Shown in pieces: positions 34,619 to 43,121 of a stretch of DNA of 64,000 nucleotides (within the stretch, counting starts at the first letter, position 1; every line of letters begins with the position of its first letter). The notes beneath the pieces were generated by a model. It made no database searches, was not told the DNA's origin, and saw only the letters and a list, made by a program, of their open reading frames with translations. A program made the translations under genes and the position numbers. The DNA is from Anaerolineae bacterium (GTDB lineage Bacteria; Chloroflexota; Anaerolineae; B4-G1; SLSP01): contig JBNGDL010000002.1 of assembly GCA_049975205.1 (NCBI GenBank), forward strand, positions 132,498-196,497. Direction: 5' to 3'.

Positions 34619-37600
34619 TCAGCGCAACGGCAAGCGGAGCGTAGCTCTCAACGTTAGGCGGTCGTTTTCGACCGATCCAGGATCCTCTGGCGTCACTAGC
34701 AGTCGATCGAGCGTCTCTGGGTCGTACCATCCGACCCCGATGCGATAGCTTCCCGGGGCGGCCTCTGAGACGTCGAACTCTATTGTCTCGCTGACCACCT
34801 CACCGGCGACCCAGAGGGTGGTTGGGTAGGTCCAGTCGCGCGGCATCGCATCATCTTGACGAGCGATCTGCTCGCTCGACGGGTCGTAGAGATGGACAAA
34901 GCGCTTGTAATCGACCTCTGGAGTCTTGCGAGCGCGCCACCAGAGCGTCAGAACGAGCGTTTGACCTCTTTGGTTCTCCTCAACAGCGTAGCCCAAGAGC
35001 TCGATAGTCCTACCGAAGGTGGCGGATGTCGGATGGGCCATCTCCGGGGCAGTAAAGGTCCTCGGGCGGGGCACGACGACCATCGAGGCGACCGTCTCGC
35101 ACTGGACGATGGATGTCTCGCCCTGCAGCGTCAGGGCCAGGTCATAGGACCCTTCGGGCAGGCGCGGCGGAAGTGCAATCTCGACGGGGGATGCGATCCA
35201 GGCAAAAGGGGGCCACGTTGTTGTTGGACTCCCTGCTGCCAGTGCCTTCTCTGTCGTCCCCACGATGTCGCCGCCCGGACCTGTTAGTGACCAGGTAGCC
35301 TCGATGTCCTCTGTGGGTTGGCCCCGAGCGTTCCACTCGGCGCGGAACCGCAGGTTGTTGCCCTCCTCCAACTTCGCGGGTAGATCCAGCCCGAGGAGCG
35401 CGACCTCGCCGGCCTGGCAGATAGTCGCAGGCCCGGGAGACACGTGCTCGCAGCACGATGGGCCGATGTCGTGGTATGTGGTGGCCTCGAGCCGGATGGG
35501 GACGTCGGCTTCTCCTCCACCCTCCATGGTAGCAAGTAGATAGGTCACGATTCGCAGCGTATAGGTCCCGGGGGCTAAGCCCTCAGGAAGGAGAAGCAGT
35601 CTATAGTCAATGACCTGCTCCCCCGAACGCCAGAGGGTCGTCGGTAGATAGCCATACCCGGGCTGGTCGTCGCGGGCGGCAATCTCGCGTCCCTCGGCGT
35701 CGATGAGCCGGAGAGAGAGCCGCCAATTGCGTGGGGTCCCTTGGGTAGACCACGTCATCCAGACTTGAAGCTCACCGAGTCTTGTCTGGCTGGTCTCGAC
35801 GCTGTGTAAGGTCAGATCGCGGAACTGGGCGATTTCGGGGGCGTTATCTGAGAGGGATGGCCCTTGAGGCACCCGGATGGCGCCTACATACAGCGTCCCC
35901 ATTGTCCTCCCGTTAGGAGTGTGCGGGGGTAGCTCCGCTCTTCCAGCGTATAGCCGAAGCTGAAGCAGATAAAGGCCCCGCGAGAGATCCGCTGGCAGCT
36001 TGATCGACACCCGGGTCTGGGGTTCCACCGTTGCGGCAGCCTCGGCTACGGCGTAGTCGATGCCGTGACGTGGTTCAGCAGGTGAGACGAGGCGTAGCGT
36101 TGCGGTCAGGGGAGACTGCGTGAGAGCTTCCCAGGAGAGTGAGATGTCCACCGTCGTACCCGGTCGGCTGACTTCGGCTGAAACCTCAACATCCTCCAAT
36201 CGAGCCAAGCCGAAGTCGATGGGCCCTTGGTGAGGGTAGGGCATCTGCTCAAAGTCGAAGAAGACAGCGGGTGCATCTTCCGGAGTCTGCAGTACTAGCG
36301 AGGGGAGGGTCGCCAGCGTGAGGGCGCCCAGCGCCCACATGATGCCCTTTGCCACAGGCGTGAGACGGGGGCGCCGGCGCTGGGCCAGGACGGTCCACAG
36401 CGTCAAGACAGTGGCACCTGCAAATGAGATGATGGCTGCGCCCCGTTGGAGGGGCGTTGCACGCAGGCGTAACTCGACGGTATGCTCCCCGGGGGGCAGG
36501 TCGAGTGCGAGCCTGCCGGAGCCTACTATAGGATAGGTGTCTACGGACTCTGTGTCCGATGTCGCTTGCCAACCGGGCCACCAGTTGAGCGGGAAGGCGA
36601 CGGCTACCGGCCTGTCAGTATTCAAGGTGACGTGCCACATCTGCTGGGTCGGACCTCGCCTCAGTCGCTCTGCATGCAGTTGTGCCGCATCCTCAGCGAT
36701 GACGCTACCTTCTCCGTCCACGACGGCTTCAGAGATGTAGAGACGAGGCACGACATCTCGGGGTAGGTACTCGTGGCGGATCGTCGTTCCGATGTTGCCG
36801 GTGAAAGTCTCATAGAGCAGGAGGTTCTCACGGCTTACATCCTCTTCATCGATCAATAGCCTCTCGGGATGGAGTCCCCACAAAGCTGAGGCGATGAGAA
36901 GAGCGATGCCTGCCGTCGCACACAACCCACTGATGCGGCGTGCTGTCCTTGGCGGGACGCTATGAGCCCACAGTTCAGGCTCCGCAATCGCGCCTGTCAC
37001 GATGGCGGCGAAGAAGGCCTGTATTGAGAGAAACCGCCAGGGGAACTGGGTCAGGGCTAACAACGGTAGGTGATCCCACAGCGGTTTGGAGATAGGCGTG
37101 ATCATCACCGTAGCCAGCAGCAACTCCAAGAGCAGCACGATCCCGTGACGCTTTGTTCTGGATGAGCCCGAGCCGGGAGCCTTCAGCAAGCCGACCGCAA
37201 GGGTCAGACTCCCGAGGAGGGCTAGCGCCGCCTGGACCAATCCCATCGAGAAGGGCCCGGCGCTGGTGACTGTCCTGGCGACGCTGTAATCAAATGCCAG
37301 TTTCGGCTGTACGAGATCGACTCCTCGGAAATGGTTGCTGTAGTGGAAATAGCCCTCGGTGAAGGCGGGGCCTAGTTGTGCATACTTGGTCTCCAGCAGG
37401 GCCGGCATCCAAAACCAGGCGGTCAGGATGATGCCGCCAACCAGCGCGGCGCCGATGGCGGCAAGCGCGTGCCAATGAGATCTGGCATCTGTGCGCGTGC
37501 GAGATGACTCAACGTGACATATGGCGTCGTCTCCCTCGATAGGAGCAGGGGGGCGCGTCATGATCATCGCGAGCCCATAGAGAATGGCAAAGGGAGAGAA

Positions 37601-38218
37601 GATCATCGCCGACACGTTGTGTGTCAGAATCAGCGCCCCGTAGGAGAGGGCTCCCATGAGGATCCTGCCTGGTCTCGGGTGTTCGGCGATCCGGTGCAGT
37701 GCCCAGAGGATCAGAGGATACCAGACAAAGGCATAGAACTCGGACATCGAGTCGCCCCGTACGTAGACGTTGACGAGATGGAAGGGTGCAAAGGTGTACG
37801 CGGCGACTGCCAGCAGCCTGGCTGAGGGCTTGGTGAATACTTCGCCGGCCCAGAGGCCCATCGTCACGGCAGCGAGGATGAACCCGAGGGTCTGGGTACT
37901 CTGGATGGCCGAAAGGACGTTAACGCCCAGGAGCATCAGGCCACCGCTTACGTAGTAGGGCAGGGCGGCATAGTGGTTGAAGAAGGGGTAGCCCAGGTCA
38001 TAGGCCGCGTGATCCATCCAACGTGGCGGAAGAGCCCCGTGACGCAGGTTGTCTGCCATCGCCACTGTACGTTGGAGCAAAAAGGGGCTATCGCCGCCGC
38101 CGCGCGTGTTGACGATGCCGGGGCCCCATAGCGGCGCCGCGGCGAGTAATGCGCCAAGCAGAGCCAGCACGAAGGTGAGGCGTCTAGGCCATCGACTTGA
38201 TTTGATGCGGGGCGTCAT
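34619..38218 (-). CDS. Giant polytopic membrane protein, PTPS-related/COG5617-like (putative GT-C glycosyltransferase) with 4 tandem C-terminal beta-rich modules
   Basis: The N-terminus 'GGGDSPFLLQRTVAMADNLRHGALPPRWMDHAAYDLGYPFFNHYAALPYY' matches my memory of the PTPS_related membrane family. About 13 or more TM helices lie in the first ~640 aa. Four repeats of a ~110-aa module follow (see findings). Confidence 0.6.
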   Translation of the reverse strand: MTPRIKSSRWPRRLTFVLALLGALLAAAPLWGPGIVNTRGGGDSPFLLQRTVAMADNLRHGALPPRWMDHAAYDLGYPFFNHYAALPYYVSGGLMLLGVNVLSAIQSTQTLGFILAAVTMGLWAGEVFTKPSARLLAVAAYTFAPFHLVNVYVRGDSMSEFYAFVWYPLILWALHRIAEHPRPGRILMGALSYGALILTHNVSAMIFSPFAILYGLAMIMTRPPAPIEGDDAICHVESSRTRTDARSHWHALAAIGAALVGGIILTAWFWMPALLETKYAQLGPAFTEGYFHYSNHFRGVDLVQPKLAFDYSVARTVTSAGPFSMGLVQAALALLGSLTLAVGLLKAPGSGSSRTKRHGIVLLLELLLATVMITPISKPLWDHLPLLALTQFPWRFLSIQAFFAAIVTGAIAEPELWAHSVPPRTARRISGLCATAGIALLIASALWGLHPERLLIDEEDVSRENLLLYETFTGNIGTTIRHEYLPRDVVPRLYISEAVVDGEGSVIAEDAAQLHAERLRRGPTQQMWHVTLNTDRPVAVAFPLNWWPGWQATSDTESVDTYPIVGSGRLALDLPPGEHTVELRLRATPLQRGAAIISFAGATVLTLWTVLAQRRRPRLTPVAKGIMWALGALTLATLPSLVLQTPEDAPAVFFDFEQMPYPHQGPIDFGLARLEDVEVSAEVSRPGTTVDISLSWEALTQSPLTATLRLVSPAEPRHGIDYAVAEAAATVEPQTRVSIKLPADLSRGLYLLQLRLYAGRAELPPHTPNGRTMGTLYVGAIRVPQGPSLSDNAPEIAQFRDLTLHSVETSQTRLGELQVWMTWSTQGTPRNWRLSLRLIDAEGREIAARDDQPGYGYLPTTLWRSGEQVIDYRLLLLPEGLAPGTYTLRIVTYLLATMEGGGEADVPIRLEATTYHDIGPSCCEHVSPGPATICQAGEVALLGLDLPAKLEEGNNLRFRAEWNARGQPTEDIEATWSLTGPGGDIVGTTEKALAAGSPTTTWPPFAWIASPVEIALPPRLPEGSYDLALTLQGETSIVQCETVASMVVVPRPRTFTAPEMAHPTSATFGRTIELLGYAVEENQRGQTLVLTLWWRARKTPEVDYKRFVHLYDPSSEQIARQDDAMPRDWTYPTTLWVAGEVVSETIEFDVSEAAPGSYRIGVGWYDPETLDRLLVTPEDPGSVENDRLTLRATLRLPLR

Positions 38219-38234
38219 GACGCTAGCCTCTCTG

Positions 38235-40280
38235 TCACGGCGCCGCCACGATCACCGGAACCTCGACGGCGTCGCCCACGGGGTTGCCGGCGGCATCCAC
38301 CGTTGCGAGCCCGGCACCCGTCTCGGCGTGGTAGAGGCCCACGCGCAGCGTGTCTCGCTGTGGCAGAGGCGCGACGCTCGGAATCCGGTGTGAGTCCTGG
38401 ATTAGGTCTCCAGGCCGCCAGAAAGAGGTCCGAAGGTGCCCAAGGCCCGGCTGGGCATCATCTTGAGTGATTCGCTCGCCGTCGCGAAGATAATGGACGA
38501 AGACTGTGTAATCATTGGTGATAGGTTTTGTGGCCTCCCACCAGAGTTGGACGACGACGCCCTCGCCCGCCGGCTGGACTAGCGCGGCTCGCAGGCCAAT
38601 CCCCTTCTCAAAGGTCGCGATGAGTGGCGGTACTGGCGGTCTGGCTCTGCTCGTGACAATGATTGCTGTCGAAAACGGTTGGGGATCGAGGTCTCCCTGC
38701 GCCAGCGGGCCCTCGGCAACCTGAAGGTAGGAAGGATGGGAGAGGCTCGGCAACACGTCAGGTTCCCAGCTCCGGTAAGGCCAGGCGGCAAAGAGCACAT
38801 CTGCGTTAACGGCTAGCCCCTCAGGGAGTGGCAGGAACCCCACATCTGACTCAGGAAGCAGGAAGGGGATCGCCGCCCACTCCTCCCAGATCTCGCGGTC
38901 CAGATAGATGGCGGTATCTCCTTCGGCGCTGTGCAGCATCCTGTCTCCCGTCCATCCTTCTCCCCTGAACGCGTTGATTTGCCCCACCAACTCCACCGGC
39001 CCGGCCTCAAACCAGTGGTAAGCAAGCGGGTTGGATGCGTACCGTACGAAGTAGTCGTACGTGGTGCTGACCAGCCCCACTGCAACCATAAGATAGGGCA
39101 CGCTTGCCAAGCCGATGACCAGCCAACGAGGAGGAGCAGCTTGTCCCACATAAGCTCTGTTCATCAGGAGGGCTTGGAACCAATCGAGACCCACCGCCGT
39201 GAGGAGGGCGGCAGTGGGGAGCACGCCGACCCCTCTGAGAAAGTGGGGCGCATCTTCAGCGAGCAGGGTGGGGATAGCCATCACGGCTGTCCAGAGGAGT
39301 GGTAACGCCAGGGATGCCTCGCGGCGGCCCCGCCCGATGGCAACACCGACCCCTAGCACGAAGGCAAGGCCCAGCGCTGGACCCCACACAGGACGCCACG
39401 CCAGGTTGTGCCGCCAGATACGATCGCCGCGTATCGTGAACATGCCAAGAGTCCTGAAGAGGTGCTGCCCCAAGGTCCTCCAGACCTGGCCTTGGTGGAT
39501 CTCCGGGCTAAAGACAGAGACCTGCCCGCTCCGCGCAAGAACCGTCTCCGGGTACGCCAGCGTGTAGATGCCGAGAGGGAGCAGCATCACCAGGGCTGTC
39601 CCGACCGCAAGCAGGGCGCCCCGCCAGTGCTGCGCGAGGTGCCGGCGATGGCAGGCAAGACCATAGATGAGGAAGGTGGCAATAGCGACTGGCGTGAACC
39701 GCGCCGCGATATACGTGTACCAGCTGACTCCGTAGAGAAAGCCTGCCGCAACCCAATGACGGCGCCGGCGGGTCTGGATGGCCTTTGCGGCCTGGGACAG
39801 ATAGAGTGCTGTGAAAAGCGGCAAGAGGACGGCGCGAAAACCCACACGGCTCAGATGGACGTGCCAGAGCGTGACCGCGAGTACGGCCAAGGCCCAGAAA
39901 CCAACGCGACGGCCCCAAAGGGTTCTCGCGAGGTCGTAAGTGGCTGCAAGGGTGAGGATGCCAATATACACCGAGGGCAACCTAACGGCGATGGGACTGC
40001 GGCCTAGGATTGCGACTGCGCCGGCGACCAGATAGACGAAGAGAGGCTCGCGACCGTTGTTGGCCTCAAAGTAGAGCGGCAGATGCCCCTCCAGTACCTC
40101 GAGGGCGTCCAGACCGTGGTAGGCTTCGTCGTGGTAGAGTCCGGGCGGAACTTGGCCAATGCCCGGTAGTCGGAGACCGAGCCCCAGGACTATGACGCCC
40201 AGCACTGCGAGCTGGATCCTCCAAGATGAAGCCTGTCGCCGTCTCTGGTATGGCCCGGAGATCGCTGCCCCTCCCTTCAT
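38235..40280 (-). CDS. Glycosyltransferase family 39 / ArnT-PMT-like membrane protein with one C-terminal beta-rich module
   Basis: 'PPGLYHDEAYHGLDALEVLEG' is the DE-type first-loop motif of GT-C/GT39. There are many TM helices. The C-terminal 'VVVQLWWEATKPITNDYTVFVHYL..QDDAQPG..TSFWRPGDLIQDSH' is homologous to the repeats of the downstream gene. Confidence 0.7.
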   Translation of the reverse strand: MKGGAAISGPYQRRRQASSWRIQLAVLGVIVLGLGLRLPGIGQVPPGLYHDEAYHGLDALEVLEGHLPLYFEANNGREPLFVYLVAGAVAILGRSPIAVRLPSVYIGILTLAATYDLARTLWGRRVGFWALAVLAVTLWHVHLSRVGFRAVLLPLFTALYLSQAAKAIQTRRRRHWVAAGFLYGVSWYTYIAARFTPVAIATFLIYGLACHRRHLAQHWRGALLAVGTALVMLLPLGIYTLAYPETVLARSGQVSVFSPEIHQGQVWRTLGQHLFRTLGMFTIRGDRIWRHNLAWRPVWGPALGLAFVLGVGVAIGRGRREASLALPLLWTAVMAIPTLLAEDAPHFLRGVGVLPTAALLTAVGLDWFQALLMNRAYVGQAAPPRWLVIGLASVPYLMVAVGLVSTTYDYFVRYASNPLAYHWFEAGPVELVGQINAFRGEGWTGDRMLHSAEGDTAIYLDREIWEEWAAIPFLLPESDVGFLPLPEGLAVNADVLFAAWPYRSWEPDVLPSLSHPSYLQVAEGPLAQGDLDPQPFSTAIIVTSRARPPVPPLIATFEKGIGLRAALVQPAGEGVVVQLWWEATKPITNDYTVFVHYLRDGERITQDDAQPGLGHLRTSFWRPGDLIQDSHRIPSVAPLPQRDTLRVGLYHAETGAGLATVDAAGNPVGDAVEVPVIVAAP

Positions 40281-40299
40281 CGAGTTCTGGCGCTACCGA

Positions 40300-41115
40300 C
40301 TAGCTGTGGATGAGGGTTCCGGTGGAGATCCCTTCGGGATCGAGTAGGGCCTCTCTAAGGTTCCCGGGTGTCAATCCCGTCATGATGCGCACCCGCACTT
40401 CGGGTAGCTTCTCGACGAGCTCGACCATTCCCTCAACCTTGTCAGCCATGCCACCCGTGACGTCGGTGTAGGCAGAGCTCCGCAGGTGTTCCTTGACCTC
40501 CGGGAGCGTCTCAGGGGTGATGGTCGGGATCACCTGGTGTTCACCGTCGAGCACACCGGGAGCATTCCCTAACAGCAGGATCCATGTCGGATGAAGGTAG
40601 GTGGCCAGATGAGCGAAGAGCTCTTCAGTTGAGACAATGGTACCCCCCAACTTCTGATCGAAGGCGACATCCCCAAAGATGAGCGGCACCAGGCCGTGTG
40701 CCAGCGCTCGCCGGATGGGTCCTAGCTCCAGGCTGACGAGGGCACCAGCATCGGCAAGTGCCGACGCCAAAGGCTGCAAGCTAAGAACTGGAACGCCGGC
40801 GGCGATAAAGGCGTTCAAGACCAATCGATCGAGCTGCAGAGCGGCTGCACTGACCCGCGTGAATCCCTGCCACGCCTCGGCAGAGTAGATGCCTTCGTGC
40901 GTACCGTAATGGCTTGCCTCCCAGTGGCCAAAAGACCCCGAGCCGTGTCCTAGCACCAGACGAAGTTGCGAGGCCTGCGCACGTGCTTCAGCCAGCTCGG
41001 TTGCGAGTTGCTTGATGATGCCGCGACGCGCTGTAGAGCGACGTTGCTTATCGGTAATCAGAGATCCACCGAGTTTTACAAAGAAGAGCGGGCCAGGAGC
41101 TGCTTCCGCCTTCAC
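40300..41115 (-). CDS. ipk: Isopentenyl phosphate kinase (amino-acid kinase fold)
   Basis: 'FVKLGGSLITDK' and 'LVLGHGSGSFGH' are present, plus a C-terminal 'DVTGGM'. I prefer the GTG start at 41115, which forms a GTGA overlap with the mvk stop. The listed ORF start at 41187 runs 76 nt into mvk. Confidence 0.75.
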   Translation of the reverse strand: MKAEAAPGPLFFVKLGGSLITDKQRRSTARRGIIKQLATELAEARAQASQLRLVLGHGSGSFGHWEASHYGTHEGIYSAEAWQGFTRVSAAALQLDRLVLNAFIAAGVPVLSLQPLASALADAGALVSLELGPIRRALAHGLVPLIFGDVAFDQKLGGTIVSTEELFAHLATYLHPTWILLLGNAPGVLDGEHQVIPTITPETLPEVKEHLRSSAYTDVTGGMADKVEGMVELVEKLPEVRVRIMTGLTPGNLREALLDPEGISTGTLIHS

Positions 41116-42050
41116 GAAGATCCTACCTGTGTCTGCCAGACGTGGGCTGCGCCGGCCGAGATCAACGCTTGCCTGACCGACGCACACTCGTCCTCAACGA
41201 GGGCGATGATGTTGCCGCCCTGACCGGAGCCTGTGAGCTTGGCGCCCAAGGCCCCAGCGTCCCGTGCTGCTTCTACTAGCCGATCAAGCTCGGGCAGCGA
41301 CACTCCCATCTTGGAGAGTAGCTCATGGTTCTCAGTTAGGAGGACGCCTAGAGCTCGGAGGGCGCCCTGCTCAGCCGCGGCCCGGGCTGCTCGCGCGATT
41401 GCGCCGATGCAGTCGAAGACGATGTCGTAGTAGCTGGGGGTGGCGTGCCAACGTCGACGTACCTCCACGACGGCCTCGCGTGTCGAGCTGGCGATCCCGC
41501 TATTTGCGATCAGGAGATGGAACGGGGTATGAATGGTGAAAGTCTCCGGCGGAGCGCCCTTCACAAAGTAGACGGGTTGCTCCCACGCGATCACTGTGTT
41601 ATCGATGCCGCTCGGTGTGCCATGGTGAATCTTCTCCACCTCATAGGTCATCTCGCTTACCTCCTCGGCGGTGAGCTCAGTGCCGAGAGAGGCCGCCAGG
41701 GCGCGGGCCGCTGCTGCGGTGATCGCGGCGCCGCTGCCCATGCCCGAGGCGATGGGTAGGTCCGATTTGAGGGTGAGCACAGCGTCTGGCTCGGGAAGCC
41801 GTAGTCGGTCGAGGACCAGGCGGACGATTCGACGAAGAGGGTCCTCGGCCTTAGTATCGGTCAGGGTTAGGTCCCGCCGGAGGTCAAGGGCTCTGATGCG
41901 CAGCCCCTGTCCCGTCGGGCCGGGTTCGACACGGGCACAGGCCCGCATGTCGCTTACCGGCACCGCAATGGCAGGGCGACCGTAGACGACGCTGTGTTCG
42001 CCGCACAGGATCACCTTCCCCGGGGCCGTACGTTCGACCGTCGTGACCAT
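41112..42050 (-). CDS. mvk: Mevalonate kinase (GHMP family)
   Basis: 'PGKVILCGEHSVVYGRPAIAV' and the GHMP motif 'PIASGMGSGAAITAAAARA' are present, plus a C-terminal 'KLTGSGQGG'. Confidence 0.85.
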   Translation of the reverse strand: MVTTVERTAPGKVILCGEHSVVYGRPAIAVPVSDMRACARVEPGPTGQGLRIRALDLRRDLTLTDTKAEDPLRRIVRLVLDRLRLPEPDAVLTLKSDLPIASGMGSGAAITAAAARALAASLGTELTAEEVSEMTYEVEKIHHGTPSGIDNTVIAWEQPVYFVKGAPPETFTIHTPFHLLIANSGIASSTREAVVEVRRRWHATPSYYDIVFDCIGAIARAARAAAEQGALRALGVLLTENHELLSKMGVSLPELDRLVEAARDAGALGAKLTGSGQGGNIIALVEDECASVRQALISAGAAHVWQTQVGSS

Positions 42051-42056
42051 AGCCCG

Positions 42057-42932
42057 CTAACCCAGATACATGATAGCTACCACCGTGAGACCCCAAAGGA
42101 CGATATTGGCCTGAGATGGTCGGTCGGTGAGGAGGACCTCATCCGGCGCAAGCGTGCAATGCTCAGCATGGATAAGGTACATATACCGGAAAAGCCCATA
42201 GATTACGAAGGGAATTGTCAACATCATCGCATGGTCCGCGGGTAAGTTGGCCGCAGAGAAAGTGTATAGGGCGTACGCAAGAATCGTGGAGGCCGTCACC
42301 ATGTTGATGAGCTGATCCAACAGGGGCTGGGTGTACTGTTTCAGGATCGGACGGTGGTTTTCGGCCTCCTCCCGAAGCATAACCAACTCCCCGCGCCGCT
42401 TCGAGAGGCCGAGGAAGAGAGCCAAGAGCGTCGTACAGATGTAAAGCCAGGGTGAGAACCGCTCGGCATCGACCAGCGGGACGCCAGCTCCCACGCGCAG
42501 GACGAAGCCTGCTGCGATCGCCATAACGTCTATCAGCACGATGTGTTTGAGCAGGAAGGAGTAGGCCAATTGCAGCACGAGATACCCACTGAGGATCAGG
42601 GCGAAGTCCCGATCGAGCCATATAGCAGCCGCAAAGGAGCCAGCGCTTAAGATGATGGCAGCTGTTATCGCAAACCTAGGCGTCAGCTGTCCCGATGCGA
42701 GGGGCCGCTGTCGTTTCTTCGGGTGTAGCCGATCCTTCTCGAGGTCCACCACGTCGTTCACCGTATAGACGACGCCGGAGACCAGACAGAAGAGGACGAA
42801 ACCGATCAATGTACGCAGGGTGTACGTCACGTCAAAGAGCTTGAGATCAAAGATGAGGGCCGCGAAGATGATCGCGTTCTTTGTCCATTGATGCGGCCGC
42901 ATGGTCTTAAGAAGGGCACGAAGGCTTTTCAC
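42057..42932 (-). CDS. UbiA-family prenyltransferase, decaprenyl-phosphate phosphoribosyltransferase-like
   Basis: 'MRPHQWTKNAIIFAALIF' at the N-terminus and 'NDVVDLEKDRLHPKKRQRPLASG' (NDxxDxxxD). There are about 8 TM helices. The resemblance to the Rv3806c-type subfamily is from memory. Confidence 0.65.
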   Translation of the reverse strand: MKSLRALLKTMRPHQWTKNAIIFAALIFDLKLFDVTYTLRTLIGFVLFCLVSGVVYTVNDVVDLEKDRLHPKKRQRPLASGQLTPRFAITAAIILSAGSFAAAIWLDRDFALILSGYLVLQLAYSFLLKHIVLIDVMAIAAGFVLRVGAGVPLVDAERFSPWLYICTTLLALFLGLSKRRGELVMLREEAENHRPILKQYTQPLLDQLINMVTASTILAYALYTFSAANLPADHAMMLTIPFVIYGLFRYMYLIHAEHCTLAPDEVLLTDRPSQANIVLWGLTVVAIMYLG

Positions 42933-43037
42933 AATGTCATCTCGCTAAGGTTGGTTGTCGTAGAAGGTGTCGCACGATGCCGCCCAACAGAGCCGTCAAG
43001 TAGTGCTGCTAAACGATAGCGTTGCACCTTCGATCGA

Positions 43038-43065
43038 ATAATAGCGCGTTCGACGGGATTGACAA
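43038..43065 (-). promoter_or_regulatory. Candidate promoter of the ubiA-mvk-ipk-GT operon
   Basis: On the minus strand: TTGTCA (43065-43060), a 16-nt spacer and TATTAT (43043-43038). The -35 overlaps the -35 of rpoC P1 on the other strand. Confidence 0.4.
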
Positions 43066-43087
43066 CCGCCTGAGGTTTGTGTATACT
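43059..43087 (+). promoter_or_regulatory. Candidate promoter P1 upstream of rpoC leader
   Basis: TTGACA (43059-43064), a 17-nt spacer and TATACT (43082-43087). Confidence 0.55.
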
Positions 43088-43121
43088 AATTGAAGTTAGC
43101 ACAAACGAGGTCATAGAACGA

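Noticed and set aside
41116-41187. Longer version of the ipk ORF overlapping mvk by 76 nt
   Set aside because: The extension (MCVGQASVDLGRRSPRLADTGRIF) has no homology signal. The GTG at 41115 gives the common GTGA stop/start overlap and keeps the conserved FVKLGG N-terminus.
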